A stretch of 37,543 bases of DNA, taken from positions 1 to 37,543 of the forward strand of contig JAPLZW010000048.1 of NCBI GenBank assembly GCA_026394835.1. The letters run 5' to 3'. A program made the translations under genes and the position numbers. The notes beneath the pieces were generated by a model that saw only the letters and a list, made by a program, of their open reading frames with translations, did no database searches and was not told the DNA's origin. This document shows positions 16,916 through 26,263 of the stretch, one piece after another. Origin of the DNA: Candidatus Wolfebacteria bacterium. GTDB lineage: Bacteria > Patescibacteriota > Minisyncoccia > UBA6257 > UBA9933. Positions within the stretch are counted from its first letter, which is position 1. Every line of letters starts with the position of its first letter.

Positions 16916-19096
16916 CTAAGCCTCTATATCGTCACGGTCAGACCTGTTTAAGAATACCTCCCTGGGTTTTGCGCCGTCTCCCGGGCCGATTATTCCTTTG
17001 GCTTCCATAATATCAAGGAGCCTCGCGGCGCGGGCATAGCCGACTTTAAGCCGCCGCTGGAGCAGGGATGCCGAAGCTTTTTGGGCATCGGTCACGACCT
17101 GAACCGCGTCGCCCAAAAGGTCATCCCCATCCTCATCACCGTATTTATCAAGCGTTTCGCCGGAAATCTTCAAATAATCTCCATCGCCCACCTCGGCATT
17201 TCCCGAACCGTTAAAAGAAACATCATTGCCCTCAAAACCCTTAGTATTTTCTTTGATGAAAGTAATAACTTTGTTAATTTCTTCTTCCGAAATATAAGCT
17301 CCCTGGATTCTTTTCGGCTTGGAGATTTCGGAAGTGACGAAAAGCATATCGCCGCCGCCCAAAAGTTTTTCCGCGCCGGAAGAATCAAGAATAGTCCTTG
17401 AATCAACCTGGCTCGGCAACTGCAAAGCGATTCTTGAGGTGATGTTCGCCTTGATAAGCCCGGTAATGACTTCAACCGAAGGCCGCTGGGTTGACAGGAT
17501 TAAATGAATGCCGGTCGCGCGCGCCATCTGCGCCAGCCTCACTATTGAGCCTTCAATTTCTCTGCCGTAAGTCGCCATTAAATCCGCCAACTCGTCGATC
17601 GCAAGCACAATATACGGCATAACGTCATCCGCGTGTTTTTTATTATAACTTTGGATGTCTCTCGATCCGGCCTGTAAAAGGGTCTCGTACCGGCGGTCCA
17701 TCTCGTCTATCAGCCATCTGAATACGCCCATGGATTTTTTGGGATTCGTGATGACAGGCGAGACAAGATGGGGAATGCCGTCATAGACGGAAAGTTCCAC
17801 GCGTTTGGGGTCAATCAGAATCAGGCGCAATGTTTCCGGAGAGTTTTTATAAAGCAAAGATATTAAAAGTGATTGGATGGCAATCGATTTTCCGGAACCG
17901 CTGGAACCCGCGATCAAAAGATGAGGCATTTTTTCTATGTCGCCGAAAATCGGGTCGCCGGAAACATCTCTTCCCAAAATAAATCCCAGAAGCCCGGCCG
18001 CATTGAATTCCGGATAAACCATAAGGCTTCCCAGACGGACAATAGCGCTTGCCTTATTCGGCACCTCAACCCCCACAAGAGAACGGCCGGGGATTGGCGC
18101 CTCTATCCTTATAGGGTGAGCTGCCAAAACCAAGGCCAAGTCTTGATTCAGGGCCATAATCCTCGACAATTTCACGCCTTCGGCCGGCTTTAACGTATAA
18201 CGGGTGAATTTAGGCCCGACATTGATTTCGGACATCTCCACATTAATTCCAAAGCCTTCAAAGGTTCTTTTTATAATATTGGCATTCGCGCGTAAATCTC
18301 CGGAAGTCGGTTTTTCGATTGATGACTTAAGAAGGCTAAGGGGCGGCGCCACATAATTTTTAAAAGATAATTTTTTAATGGCTCCCGACTTCCCCAGCTT
18401 ATCCGAAGATTCAAGAACCATAAGGTCTTCTTCTTTTTCTCCCGCGTCATCATTCTTCCTGGCGGCTTTTCTCTTTTCATCCTTGATATCGGTTGAGGCG
18501 ATTGAGGCCTCTATGGTTTCTTCTTCTTCCTCGGAAAATTCTTCGTCCAAACCCGGCTTCTCTTTATTCCTGAAGTTGGCGATTGTTTTCAGGTTTATCG
18601 GCAGATTAAAAGTAACGAGCAGGGCGGCAATAATCAAAATCGAAAGAACGATGATGGCGGCGACATAACCGAATGGCAATTCGGCATAACCCACGAGTTT
18701 TCCGATAAGCCCGGATTCGTCCGGATAAATAACATCAATCAGGCCCAACCCCGACAAAACGAAAATCAAAGCGCCCCAAAAAGTCGCCTGATAAATCCGG
18801 CGGCGTTCCGAAGACATGAAGACTCCCGATAAAATCAGAAATATCAAAGGCAAAAGATAGTAGCCAACGCCGAAGAGATATCGAAAAGCGCCGTAAAAAA
18901 ATTCGCCTACCGGACCGGCATTATTGAATCTCGCGAGAATCAAGATGACGGCGATGCCAAAAAAAACTAAAGCCCAGATGGATTTCTTAAGCTCATGGGT
19001 CAAAATCGGCTCCCTTCCCGAGTTATCACGGCGATAATCCGCGGGCTTTCCTTTTCCGTTTTTATATTTATTTTTGTTTTTGCGGGACATTATCAA
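16916..19096 (-). CDS. ftsK: DNA translocase FtsK/SpoIIIE
   Basis: N-terminal TM segments, an acidic linker, the motor domain with LLIAGSSGSGKS Walker A and IVLAIDELADLM Walker B, and a C-terminal gamma wHTH (SASLLQRRLKVGYARAARLLD). Confidence 0.93.
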   Translation of the reverse strand: MIMSRKNKNKYKNGKGKPADYRRDNSGREPILTHELKKSIWALVFFGIAVILILARFNNAGPVGEFFYGAFRYLFGVGYYLLPLIFLILSGVFMSSERRRIYQATFWGALIFVLSGLGLIDVIYPDESGLIGKLVGYAELPFGYVAAIIVLSILIIAALLVTFNLPINLKTIANFRNKEKPGLDEEFSEEEEETIEASIASTDIKDEKRKAARKNDDAGEKEEDLMVLESSDKLGKSGAIKKLSFKNYVAPPLSLLKSSIEKPTSGDLRANANIIKRTFEGFGINVEMSEINVGPKFTRYTLKPAEGVKLSRIMALNQDLALVLAAHPIRIEAPIPGRSLVGVEVPNKASAIVRLGSLMVYPEFNAAGLLGFILGRDVSGDPIFGDIEKMPHLLIAGSSGSGKSIAIQSLLISLLYKNSPETLRLILIDPKRVELSVYDGIPHLVSPVITNPKKSMGVFRWLIDEMDRRYETLLQAGSRDIQSYNKKHADDVMPYIVLAIDELADLMATYGREIEGSIVRLAQMARATGIHLILSTQRPSVEVITGLIKANITSRIALQLPSQVDSRTILDSSGAEKLLGGGDMLFVTSEISKPKRIQGAYISEEEINKVITFIKENTKGFEGNDVSFNGSGNAEVGDGDYLKISGETLDKYGDEDGDDLLGDAVQVVTDAQKASASLLQRRLKVGYARAARLLDIMEAKGIIGPGDGAKPREVFLNRSDRDDIEA

Positions 19097-19178
19097 AAAT
19101 TACAACACAAAATTTAAACAGGCCGAAATTTTCTTAAGGCATTTTAAATTTACTACGAAATCAGGTAAAATTCAATTA

Positions 19179-19568
19179 ATGAATATAGCCATTTTTAAAG
19201 CTTACGACATAAGGGGGAAATATCCCGAAGAGATAAACGAAGCGACTGTTGCGAGGATAACAGAGACAATCGCCAAGTCTATTAAAAAGGGGAAAATAAT
19301 TATCGGCTGCGACGTAAGAGCAAGCTCTTTCTCTTTGTGTAAAGCCGCCCTTGACGCCCTTAAATCATTTAACGGCGAAGTGGTGCCGGTAGGCGTCGTA
19401 ACCACGCCCATGTTCTATTTCTTGGTAAATCAATTTAAGGCCAATCGGGGCATAATGGTTACCGCTTCGCATAATCCCAAAGAATATAATGGCTTAAAAA
19501 TGGTAAAAGAAGGGGCATTCCCCATAAGCGGTAAAGAAGTTTTGGAGTTAATAACCGGGAACCAATAA
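19179..19568 (+). CDS. Phosphomannomutase/phosphoglucomutase, domain I only (N-terminal fragment of a split gene)
   Basis: FKAYDIRGKYPEEIN and the active-site TASHNPKEYNGLK. The start is set at Met-36 of the listed ORF, because the upstream part overlaps ftsK. Confidence 0.75.
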   Translation: MNIAIFKAYDIRGKYPEEINEATVARITETIAKSIKKGKIIIGCDVRASSFSLCKAALDALKSFNGEVVPVGVVTTPMFYFLVNQFKANRGIMVTASHNPKEYNGLKMVKEGAFPISGKEVLELITGNQ

Positions 19569-19569
19569 C

Positions 19570-20472
19570 ATGGACTATCTGAAGTTGTACGCCGATTTCT
19601 TGAAGAAATCCCTGGAACCGCGCAAGCCGGTTAAAATCGTCATGGATGCGTCCAACGGAGCCACCGGCATGGTGCTGAAAAAAGTTTTTTCAAAAAACAA
19701 ATCAGTGTCTCCTTTTTACCTGAATGCAAAACCTGATGGCAATTTCCCCGGGCACGGGCCAAACCCGATGATTCTTGGCGCCACAAACCAGCTGCAAACG
19801 GAAGTAAAAAAACAGAAAGCTGATTTTGGATTTATTTTCGATGCTGATGGCGATAGGGTTTTTTTTACCGACAACAAGGGAAGGATGGTGAACCCGGACA
19901 GCATAGCCAGGCTGCTTGTCTCCTATTTGAAGCCGGTAAAAATCGTTATAAATGAACCGACGGGATTGCTCGTGCGGAACATTCCCAAAGAAATGCCCGG
20001 GAAGAAAATTATTGAATCAAGAGTCGGCCATTACTTTATGATGAAAACCATGAAAGAGACTGATTCCGATTTCGGAGCCGAGCACTCCGCCCATTATTAT
20101 TTTAAAAAATTCTTCTACAGGGATGCGGGGATTTTAGCGGCTATTAACGTCATAAACGCGGTATCCGAGCTGCCTTACCCTTTGTCTCAATTTGTTGACT
20201 TCCTCCCTGTTTTTTACCACATTCCGGAAACTAATTTCCGTGTAAAAAATAGCGAAAAATTAATGAAAGAAATTAAGAAAAGTTATTCTTCAAAAGCCCT
20301 CAAAACAAGCAATTTGGACGGATTAACTTTCAGGTTTAAAAATTATTGGTTTAATGTCAGAGCCTCAAACACAGAACCCCTTATCAGGCTAAATCTGGAA
20401 ACACTTTCCGGAAAATTACTGGAAGAAAAAACCAAAGAACTGAGCGATTTTATCTCTCGTCCCAGACTTTAA
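19570..20472 (+). CDS. Phosphomannomutase/phosphoglucomutase, domains II-IV (C-terminal fragment of a split gene)
   Basis: IVMDASNGATG, the FDADGDRVFF metal-binding loop, GAEHSAHYYF, and RASNTEPLIRLNLE. It starts 1 nt after the stop of the preceding ORF, in a different frame. Confidence 0.75.
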   Translation: MDYLKLYADFLKKSLEPRKPVKIVMDASNGATGMVLKKVFSKNKSVSPFYLNAKPDGNFPGHGPNPMILGATNQLQTEVKKQKADFGFIFDADGDRVFFTDNKGRMVNPDSIARLLVSYLKPVKIVINEPTGLLVRNIPKEMPGKKIIESRVGHYFMMKTMKETDSDFGAEHSAHYYFKKFFYRDAGILAAINVINAVSELPYPLSQFVDFLPVFYHIPETNFRVKNSEKLMKEIKKSYSSKALKTSNLDGLTFRFKNYWFNVRASNTEPLIRLNLETLSGKLLEEKTKELSDFISRPRL

Positions 20473-21304
20473 TTTCCGCGCTGGTTAAATCTATTTTAAT
20501 CAAACCGTTTTTATCCGTCCGGAATATCTGCGAACCCGCATCCGTAATTCTTTTCAGAGCTTCCGCCGTCGGATGGCCGTAAGTGTTTTTCGCCCCGACT
20601 TCAATGAAAGAAATTATAGGCGTTGCGGCTTTCAAAAATTCATTTGACGAAGAAAATTTAGAACCGTGATGCCCGACTTTTAAAACATCCACGTCCAAGT
20701 CGTATTTTTGGACCAATTTCTTTTCAATGCCGGAATCAATATCGGCGGTAAATAACGCCTTCTTGCCCGCGGAAAATAATTCCAAGACCAAAGCGCCGAG
20801 GTTAACATCCTTATTTTTCAAATCCGCGAGAGACGGCGATAAAATATCCAAACGATTTTCTCCGGAAATTATTTTGTCGCCCTCCCGGACCGCCACAGCC
20901 GGAATTTTATTTTCTTGGATAGCGTTTGCCAAATCTTTAAAGCTCGGAGCGACACCGGTTTGCCCGTTGTAAATAAACGCGCCAATCCTATATCTTTTTA
21001 AAACGTCAATCAATCCCATAAAGTGATCCATCTGCGGATGAGACATCACGACTAAATCAATATAGCGGTCTGCGGAACCAAAAACCGAAGATAAATTGCC
21101 TAAAATACTGTTATCCGGCCCCCCATCAATCAAAATCTTCACGTTGCCCGGTAAAACAACGAGCTCTGAATCCCCTTGCCCCACGTCCAAGCCGTAAATT
21201 TCCGCGTTTTTGGCGGGTCCGGCAAAGAAAATCTGTCCCCAGATAAAAGTATCAAGGATAATCAGACAAAAGAATATTGTTGCCGCAAAAGATAATCCTT
21301 TCAT
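20450..21304 (-). CDS. comEC: ComEC-type metallo-beta-lactamase domain protein with its own N-terminal TM anchor
   Basis: VGQGDSELVV, SHPQMDHFMG, and VGHHGSKFSS. ATGA overlap with the upstream ComEC membrane ORF. Confidence 0.8.
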   Translation of the reverse strand: MKGLSFAATIFFCLIILDTFIWGQIFFAGPAKNAEIYGLDVGQGDSELVVLPGNVKILIDGGPDNSILGNLSSVFGSADRYIDLVVMSHPQMDHFMGLIDVLKRYRIGAFIYNGQTGVAPSFKDLANAIQENKIPAVAVREGDKIISGENRLDILSPSLADLKNKDVNLGALVLELFSAGKKALFTADIDSGIEKKLVQKYDLDVDVLKVGHHGSKFSSSNEFLKAATPIISFIEVGAKNTYGHPTAEALKRITDAGSQIFRTDKNGLIKIDLTSAEIKVWDER

Positions 21305-22731
21305 TTAATTTTATTATATAAAATGAAAGCGATTATCAAAATATAATAGACGGCCACAAAGACGGGACTTAAGGACCCGACCTCCACGCTCCCGAAGCTG
21401 CCAAACAATCTGATTATAAAAATCTGGTAAACCAAAAAAATTCCGGCAAGCCAGCTGAAAATAAAAGAAAGACGGTAAGAAATAAATCCCAAGAAGCCGA
21501 CAATGAACCCGAAAAACGTTGTGATGGGGATAGTCTCCAAAATCAATATATTGGCCGCGAGAGAAACAAAAGAAATTTTGGAGAAGTTTATTATAAGGAG
21601 AGGCATAACGGCAAGCTGGGCGGAAGTAGTGGTAATAAAATTCTCGCGCCAGCCCAAGACTCCCGCATCTTCCTTGAAGTTAAATAATTTTCTTATGGCT
21701 GGAGACAAGTAAACCAATCCCAAGAGAGCCAAAAAAGACAGCTGGAACCCGGCATCAAATTTTAAAACCCTGGGATTCACGATTGCCATTAAAAAGGCCG
21801 CCAAAATCATGGCGTTCCGCATCCCGTAAACCCGGCCAATCTGGCTCGCGAGTAAAATTAAAAATCCCATAATAGCGGCTCTAACAACCGATGCTTCGGC
21901 TCCGGCCATGACAACAAACGCCAATATCACCAAAACGGTGAGATAAAAAGTCATCCGGCGGGACAAAAAATAAGCAAATAAAGAAGAAACCGCAAGAACG
22001 ATTATTGAAATATTGTATCCCGAAAGCGCGACCATGTGAGTCGTGCCGCTCTTGCTCATAGCATCTTTGAATTCTTGGGAAAATTCCGCGCGCTCGCCGA
22101 CCGTAAGCCCTTCCAAAAGAGCGGCTTCTTCAGTTGGCAAAACTTTCTGGAAATTAGCCACAATCCCGTTTCTTATCCGGAAGAGCGCTGTTTTTATATA
22201 AGAAGCATTGCCTGCTGAAACAAAATTAGCTTCGGGAGAGTTGGATATGCCGAAGATCCTGTTTTTGGCGAGATAATCCGCGTATTCTTGGGGTTCGGGG
22301 CTTTTTACCACCCCTTCAAAATTTATAAGGTCTCCATAGTTAAAAGCCGGATATAATGGAAGCTTAACTAAAATATTCCCCGAGTAGGGTTCGCTTAACT
22401 TTATCGTGAATTGCCGGCTTTCTCCTCTTTCAGGATTGTTTATTACTACGCCAGAAAAATTAATCTTCTTGCCGAAAACAACATTGAAATTTTCTTTTTG
22501 GATGAAATCGCAAAACCCGGCGTAAAGCGAGCCGATGATAATAGCTAAAGACAAGCAAGACATCCAGAAAAGTTTTCTTTTTGAGAAAACCGCCGCGACA
22601 AATAAAAATAAAACCGCGAGCAAAGCGGTTAACATAAATATTATTTCGTAGCTGAATCTTAAGCTATAAATGAAGATTCCCAAAAGAAAAAATCCGCAGA
22701 AGTAAAAAGCTACGTCGTGAATCTTCATCAA
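21301..22731 (-). CDS. comEC: ComEC/Rec2 DNA-uptake channel (OB-like DUF4131 plus competence TM domain), lacking the MBL domain
   Basis: Polytopic protein of 476 aa with a periplasmic OB-like segment followed by GTTHMVALSGYNISII and SVVRAAIMG competence-domain motifs. Confidence 0.8.
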   Translation of the reverse strand: MMKIHDVAFYFCGFFLLGIFIYSLRFSYEIIFMLTALLAVLFLFVAAVFSKRKLFWMSCLSLAIIIGSLYAGFCDFIQKENFNVVFGKKINFSGVVINNPERGESRQFTIKLSEPYSGNILVKLPLYPAFNYGDLINFEGVVKSPEPQEYADYLAKNRIFGISNSPEANFVSAGNASYIKTALFRIRNGIVANFQKVLPTEEAALLEGLTVGERAEFSQEFKDAMSKSGTTHMVALSGYNISIIVLAVSSLFAYFLSRRMTFYLTVLVILAFVVMAGAEASVVRAAIMGFLILLASQIGRVYGMRNAMILAAFLMAIVNPRVLKFDAGFQLSFLALLGLVYLSPAIRKLFNFKEDAGVLGWRENFITTTSAQLAVMPLLIINFSKISFVSLAANILILETIPITTFFGFIVGFLGFISYRLSFIFSWLAGIFLVYQIFIIRLFGSFGSVEVGSLSPVFVAVYYILIIAFILYNKIK

Positions 22732-23270
22732 TATTTTGGCGGCTTCTCTTTCGCGCCGGATTTAAAATTTACAAACCTGGCCATGGCATAGAGAAAAGAA
22801 GAAAGCCTGTTCATGTAGGCCAGAATTTCGCCGTCAATCTTGCCGCTGCCGGAAAGCTTTACTATCCGGCGTTCGGCTCTTCTCGCGACCGCTCTCGCGT
22901 AATCAAGGAGAGAACCGATCTCCGTTCCGCCGGAAAGGAAAAAAGTTTTTATTTTCGGCAGTTCTTTTTCAACTTCATTAATGATATTTTCGAGATTTTT
23001 TATTTTTTCCGGAGAAAGTCTTTTGTCCGCGCCCGCCAGGTTGGCTTGGATGATAAACAAGTCCTGCTGGGCCTGCTCCAACGCATCATAGATTCTTAAA
23101 TCATAAATCTTAAATCTTAAATCTTCGGATTTTGCCTTGCAAAAGCCGACCAGCGAGTTAATCTCATCAACCGCGCCTAAAGCTTCTGTCAAATCCGAAC
23201 TTTTCATAAACCGCTGGTCGCAGCCGAAAGCAGAAGTATCCCCTTTGTCGCCCTTTCCGGTAAAAAGCAT
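22728..23270 (-). CDS. PduO-type ATP:cob(I)alamin adenosyltransferase
   Basis: TGKGDKGDTS N-terminus, EINSLVG, DLFIIQANLA, ARAVARRAERR and NRLSSFLYAMAR. Confidence 0.85.
   Translation of the reverse strand: MLFTGKGDKGDTSAFGCDQRFMKSSDLTEALGAVDEINSLVGFCKAKSEDLRFKIYDLRIYDALEQAQQDLFIIQANLAGADKRLSPEKIKNLENIINEVEKELPKIKTFFLSGGTEIGSLLDYARAVARRAERRIVKLSGSGKIDGEILAYMNRLSSFLYAMARFVNFKSGAKEKPPKY
23094..23128. repeat. Heptamer tandem array, 4-5 units, in frame in the adenosyltransferase gene
   Basis: tcttaaa|tcataaa|tcttaaa|tcttaaa|tcttcgg. Encodes EDLRFKIYDLRI on the minus strand. Confidence 0.85.
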
Positions 23271-23288
23271 TTTGATTGGATTAGAACG

Positions 23289-23552
23289 CTAATCCGCCCC
23301 CATCGTTCCACCTTCCAGATTAGTTTTTCTACGACCTAAGTCCTTAAGCCTTCTCTCTAGGATTGATAAATTCTCTATGTCCGGCGCCAGCTCTTCTATG
23401 GAACCGGGGTTGGCGGAGCGAAGGGATAATCTTTTTTTATTAATCAAAATTTCCAATTCCCTGATCTGCCGCCCGATTTCATCAAGAGCTAACTGGTCTT
23501 CTTTAATCTTTTTATCATCCTCATACCCCGAGAAATTTCCTAACCTTTCCAT
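23289..23552 (-). CDS. Hypothetical small coiled-coil protein
   Basis: 87-aa charged helical ORF with no recognisable family. Confidence 0.45.
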   Translation of the reverse strand: MERLGNFSGYEDDKKIKEDQLALDEIGRQIRELEILINKKRLSLRSANPGSIEELAPDIENLSILERRLKDLGRRKTNLEGGTMGAD

Positions 23553-23572
23553 AAATAAATTGAATAATTATA

Positions 23573-23881
23573 TTAATTTAATTCCGTGAGATTTCTGCGG
23601 ATTTCCGACTCTTCCGCCATTAAAGCTTCTATCGTTTTGGACAGTTTCACGAGGTCATCTTCAAAATTCTTGGACGGTTCTATTTTCCCGCCGCCGGCGG
23701 CAATCAAGCTTTTCAATCTGTAAATTTCAACGCTCGTGTCTTTTTTCATCTTCGCAATTTCTTCCAGCCTTCTGCTTGAATCAACCAACTCTGTTTGGTC
23801 TTCATATTCCCCGGCTTCAATTTTATCGCGGTGATCGCCGTTAAAATCGGATTTGTGAATTTCCGGAGAAAATTTATCCAT
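23573..23881 (-). CDS. Hypothetical small coiled-coil protein
   Basis: 102-aa charged helical ORF with the same helix, Gly-rich turn, helix layout as its neighbour. Confidence 0.45.
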   Translation of the reverse strand: MDKFSPEIHKSDFNGDHRDKIEAGEYEDQTELVDSSRRLEEIAKMKKDTSVEIYRLKSLIAAGGGKIEPSKNFEDDLVKLSKTIEALMAEESEIRRNLTELN

Positions 23882-23910
23882 AGTTAAATTATACAGATTT
23901 TACAGGATTA

Positions 23911-25095
23911 TCAAATAATCACCCCTCCGCCCAGCATTTCACCGGATATTGAGTAGAAAACAGCGGATTGGCCGGGGGCGACGAATTTTATCGGATTATC
24001 GAATATAATCCGGTACGCTGATTTATGCGGATACTGCTGATTTATGCGGATACTATCCTTGGCCGATAGCAATAAAATTGCAGAAACAAGCGGCTGGCGA
24101 TAACGGACACGAACCAGAACATCTATTCGCTTATTCGCGCGAATTAGAGAATGGATACCGGGATTTATAAAATTCACATCTGTTAATTCAATCTCTTTCC
24201 TGTAAAGCGCCGGGTTGTTGTCTCCCTCGGCAACAATTATGGTATTTGTTTTGATATTTTTTCCGGCAATATAGTGCGGCTTCGTTTGGGTTTTTCCTTT
24301 GGTTCCTAATTCATAATTCTTACCTCCCAAATCTAAGCCATGGCGTTGTCCGATGGTATAAAAATGCGCGCCTTGATGCTCGCCGATTTTTTTGCCATTG
24401 ATATCCAAAATTTCTCCCGGCTTTCCCTTAATGTAATCCTTTAAAAAATCCTCCAAAGACACCTTACCCAGGAAACAAATCCCTTGCGAGTCTTTTTTCT
24501 CCGCAGTTGGCAAGCCGGCTTTCCTCGCGATTTCCCGCACTTCGGATTTCAAAAGATTGCCGAGAGGAAACAAACAACGCCTCAACTGTTCTTGTGTCAA
24601 AGTCCAGAGAAAATAAGACTGGTCTTTGTTTTTGTCGGCAGCGGAGAACAATGAATAATGAATTATGAATTGCGAGCCTTTTTTATCCTTAATTCTTAAT
24701 TTATATTTCTTAATTCCAACATAGTGGCCGGTCGCTACAAAGTCAGCGCCCATTTCTAAAGCTTTTTCCAAAAAAATTCCGAATTTAATTTCTTTGTTGC
24801 ACATCACGTCGGGATTCGGAGTGATTCCCCTGCGATAGCCGTCAATCATATATTCCACCACTTTCTTTTTGTATTCCTCTTCAAAATCAAACGCATAAAA
24901 AGGAATGCCGATATTCTCGGCAACCCGGCGGGCATCTTCGGCATCGCGCTCGGCGCAACCGTCAAGATTATACGAACGCATAAAAACTCCGACCACATCG
25001 TAGCCTTGTTTTTTTAATAGATATGCGGCAACCGAAGAATCTACGCCGCCCGACATACCGATAAAGACTTTTTTCTTTTTCCCTTGACGGTTCAT
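23911..25095 (-). CDS. mnmA: tRNA 2-thiouridine(34) synthase MnmA
   Basis: GMSGGVDSSVAAYLLKKQGYDV PP-loop, TPNPDVMCN, DKNKDQSYFLW, RYRQ and PGQSAVFY. Carries repeat-derived inserts. Confidence 0.92.
   Translation of the reverse strand: MNRQGKKKKVFIGMSGGVDSSVAAYLLKKQGYDVVGVFMRSYNLDGCAERDAEDARRVAENIGIPFYAFDFEEEYKKKVVEYMIDGYRRGITPNPDVMCNKEIKFGIFLEKALEMGADFVATGHYVGIKKYKLRIKDKKGSQFIIHYSLFSAADKNKDQSYFLWTLTQEQLRRCLFPLGNLLKSEVREIARKAGLPTAEKKDSQGICFLGKVSLEDFLKDYIKGKPGEILDINGKKIGEHQGAHFYTIGQRHGLDLGGKNYELGTKGKTQTKPHYIAGKNIKTNTIIVAEGDNNPALYRKEIELTDVNFINPGIHSLIRANKRIDVLVRVRYRQPLVSAILLLSAKDSIRINQQYPHKSAYRIIFDNPIKFVAPGQSAVFYSISGEMLGGGVII
24017..24054. repeat. Perfect 19-nt direct tandem duplication inside mnmA
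   Basis: gctgatttatgcggatact occurs twice back to back. Encodes SIRINQQYPHKSA within the C-terminal domain. Confidence 0.9.
24688..24715. repeat. Heptamer tandem array, 4 units, in frame in mnmA
   Basis: cttaatt|cttaatt|tatattt|cttaatt. Encodes IKKYKLRIK. Same unit as the ileS arrays. A further atgaata|atgaatt|atgaatt run lies at 24651..24671. Confidence 0.8.
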
Positions 25096-25153
25096 ATGAT
25101 GCCCAGCATAATGATTTTACCGCAAATTGACAACCCAAAAAGGAGACCTCCCA

Positions 25154-25629
25154 TGGATTATTCTAAAAGCAGAACTTCCGTAGATTCGGTCAGGCTAAAC
25201 CCTGAAGAAGCCGCGTGTTTCATTGGGGCGATAATGAGATGCGGGAAATTGGCCATTACGTTTTTCCCCGATGCCAGACGCGTGATGGCGGCAAATTTCA
25301 TCCCCAATACCAGAACGCTCCTGGGTAATCCCGACTTTCGTTTATCTCTGCTTCTTTTGATGATGGAATACGCGACCATCAAAACGCTGAAAGACATCCA
25401 AGGAAAGGAATATGACTGGAAGGCGGAATTCAAAAAATCTCTGGGATTGTTCTACCCCTGCATGGCAACGAAAATATATCGCTACGCCATGCTGAATTTC
25501 AGAGATTCCGTTGAGAACCCCGAGAACTATCCTCTTCCATCCCGCACGGAGATTGACGAGCTTCTCGGGAGACAAAAAGAGGCTCTCCTCAAAGCCCAGT
25601 GGATTGAACTGGCAACAAGGAGGAGTTAG
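25154..25629 (+). CDS. Hypothetical protein
   Basis: The ORF is preceded by aaaggag 7 nt upstream of the ATG at 25154. The listed start at 25084 would overlap the mnmA start. No family recognised. Confidence 0.5.
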
Positions 25630-25647
25630 GCGAACGCATACAGAAAC

Positions 25648-25680
25648 CCGCTCCGATCAAAATCGGAGCGGTTATTTTTT
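25648..25680 (+). terminator. Intrinsic terminator between convergent genes
   Basis: CCGCTCCGATcaaaATCGGAGCGG followed by ttatttttt. Confidence 0.8.
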
Positions 25681-25685
25681 ATAAA

Positions 25686-26258
25686 TTAAGATTTTTCCAC
25701 GCGCTCCGTATATTCGCCGAGCTGCGTGTTTATGCGGACGATATCGCCCTCATTCACGAAAAGAGGAGCCGAGATTTTCGCTCCGCCCTCTAAGGTAATG
25801 GTTTTCGTTCCGCCCTGCGCCGTATTGCCTTTGACCGCCGGCGGAGCTTCCACAACTTTATAATCAACTTTTATCGGCAATTCTATACCCATCAATTTGC
25901 CGTCAAACTGCAAAGCCACTATATCCAAATTCGGTTTTAAAAACTGCGCCTGCTCGCCGATTTCTTCCGCCGTCATAGAGAAACGGTTTTTCGGGTTTCC
26001 GGATTCATTGAACCAATACTGGCCTCTACTCTCGTAAAGGAACATGGCTTTCATTTTCTCCACTTCGGCTTCTTCAAACTCGTCAGCCGGTTTATAATTC
26101 CGCTCCAAAACCTGGCCGGTTCTTAAATTCTTGAGCCGCGCCTGAGTCGAGGAACTCCCCCTGCCTACATGGAGATGATTAATAGTTAAAATCATATACG
26201 GGTCGTTATTGATTTTAATAACGGTCCCGTTTTTTAATTCGTTCATTGATAAAGACAT
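25686..26258 (-). CDS. efp: Elongation factor P
   Basis: 190 aa. NELKNGTVIKINNDPYMIL, then VGRGSSSTQARLKNLRTG in the region where EF-P normally has its modified-Lys loop, and a three-domain length. Confidence 0.92.
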   Translation of the reverse strand: MSLSMNELKNGTVIKINNDPYMILTINHLHVGRGSSSTQARLKNLRTGQVLERNYKPADEFEEAEVEKMKAMFLYESRGQYWFNESGNPKNRFSMTAEEIGEQAQFLKPNLDIVALQFDGKLMGIELPIKVDYKVVEAPPAVKGNTAQGGTKTITLEGGAKISAPLFVNEGDIVRINTQLGEYTERVEKS

Positions 26259-26263
26259 GGCGA

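Noticed and set aside
19074-19178. Upstream extension of the phosphomannomutase ORF
   Set aside because: It would overlap the ftsK start, and the conserved N-terminus (FKAYDIRG) begins right after the Met at 19179.
25084-25153. Upstream extension of the hypothetical ORF overlapping the mnmA start
   Set aside because: An AAAGGAG ribosome-binding site precedes the internal ATG at 25154, and the extension overlaps the divergent mnmA start codon.
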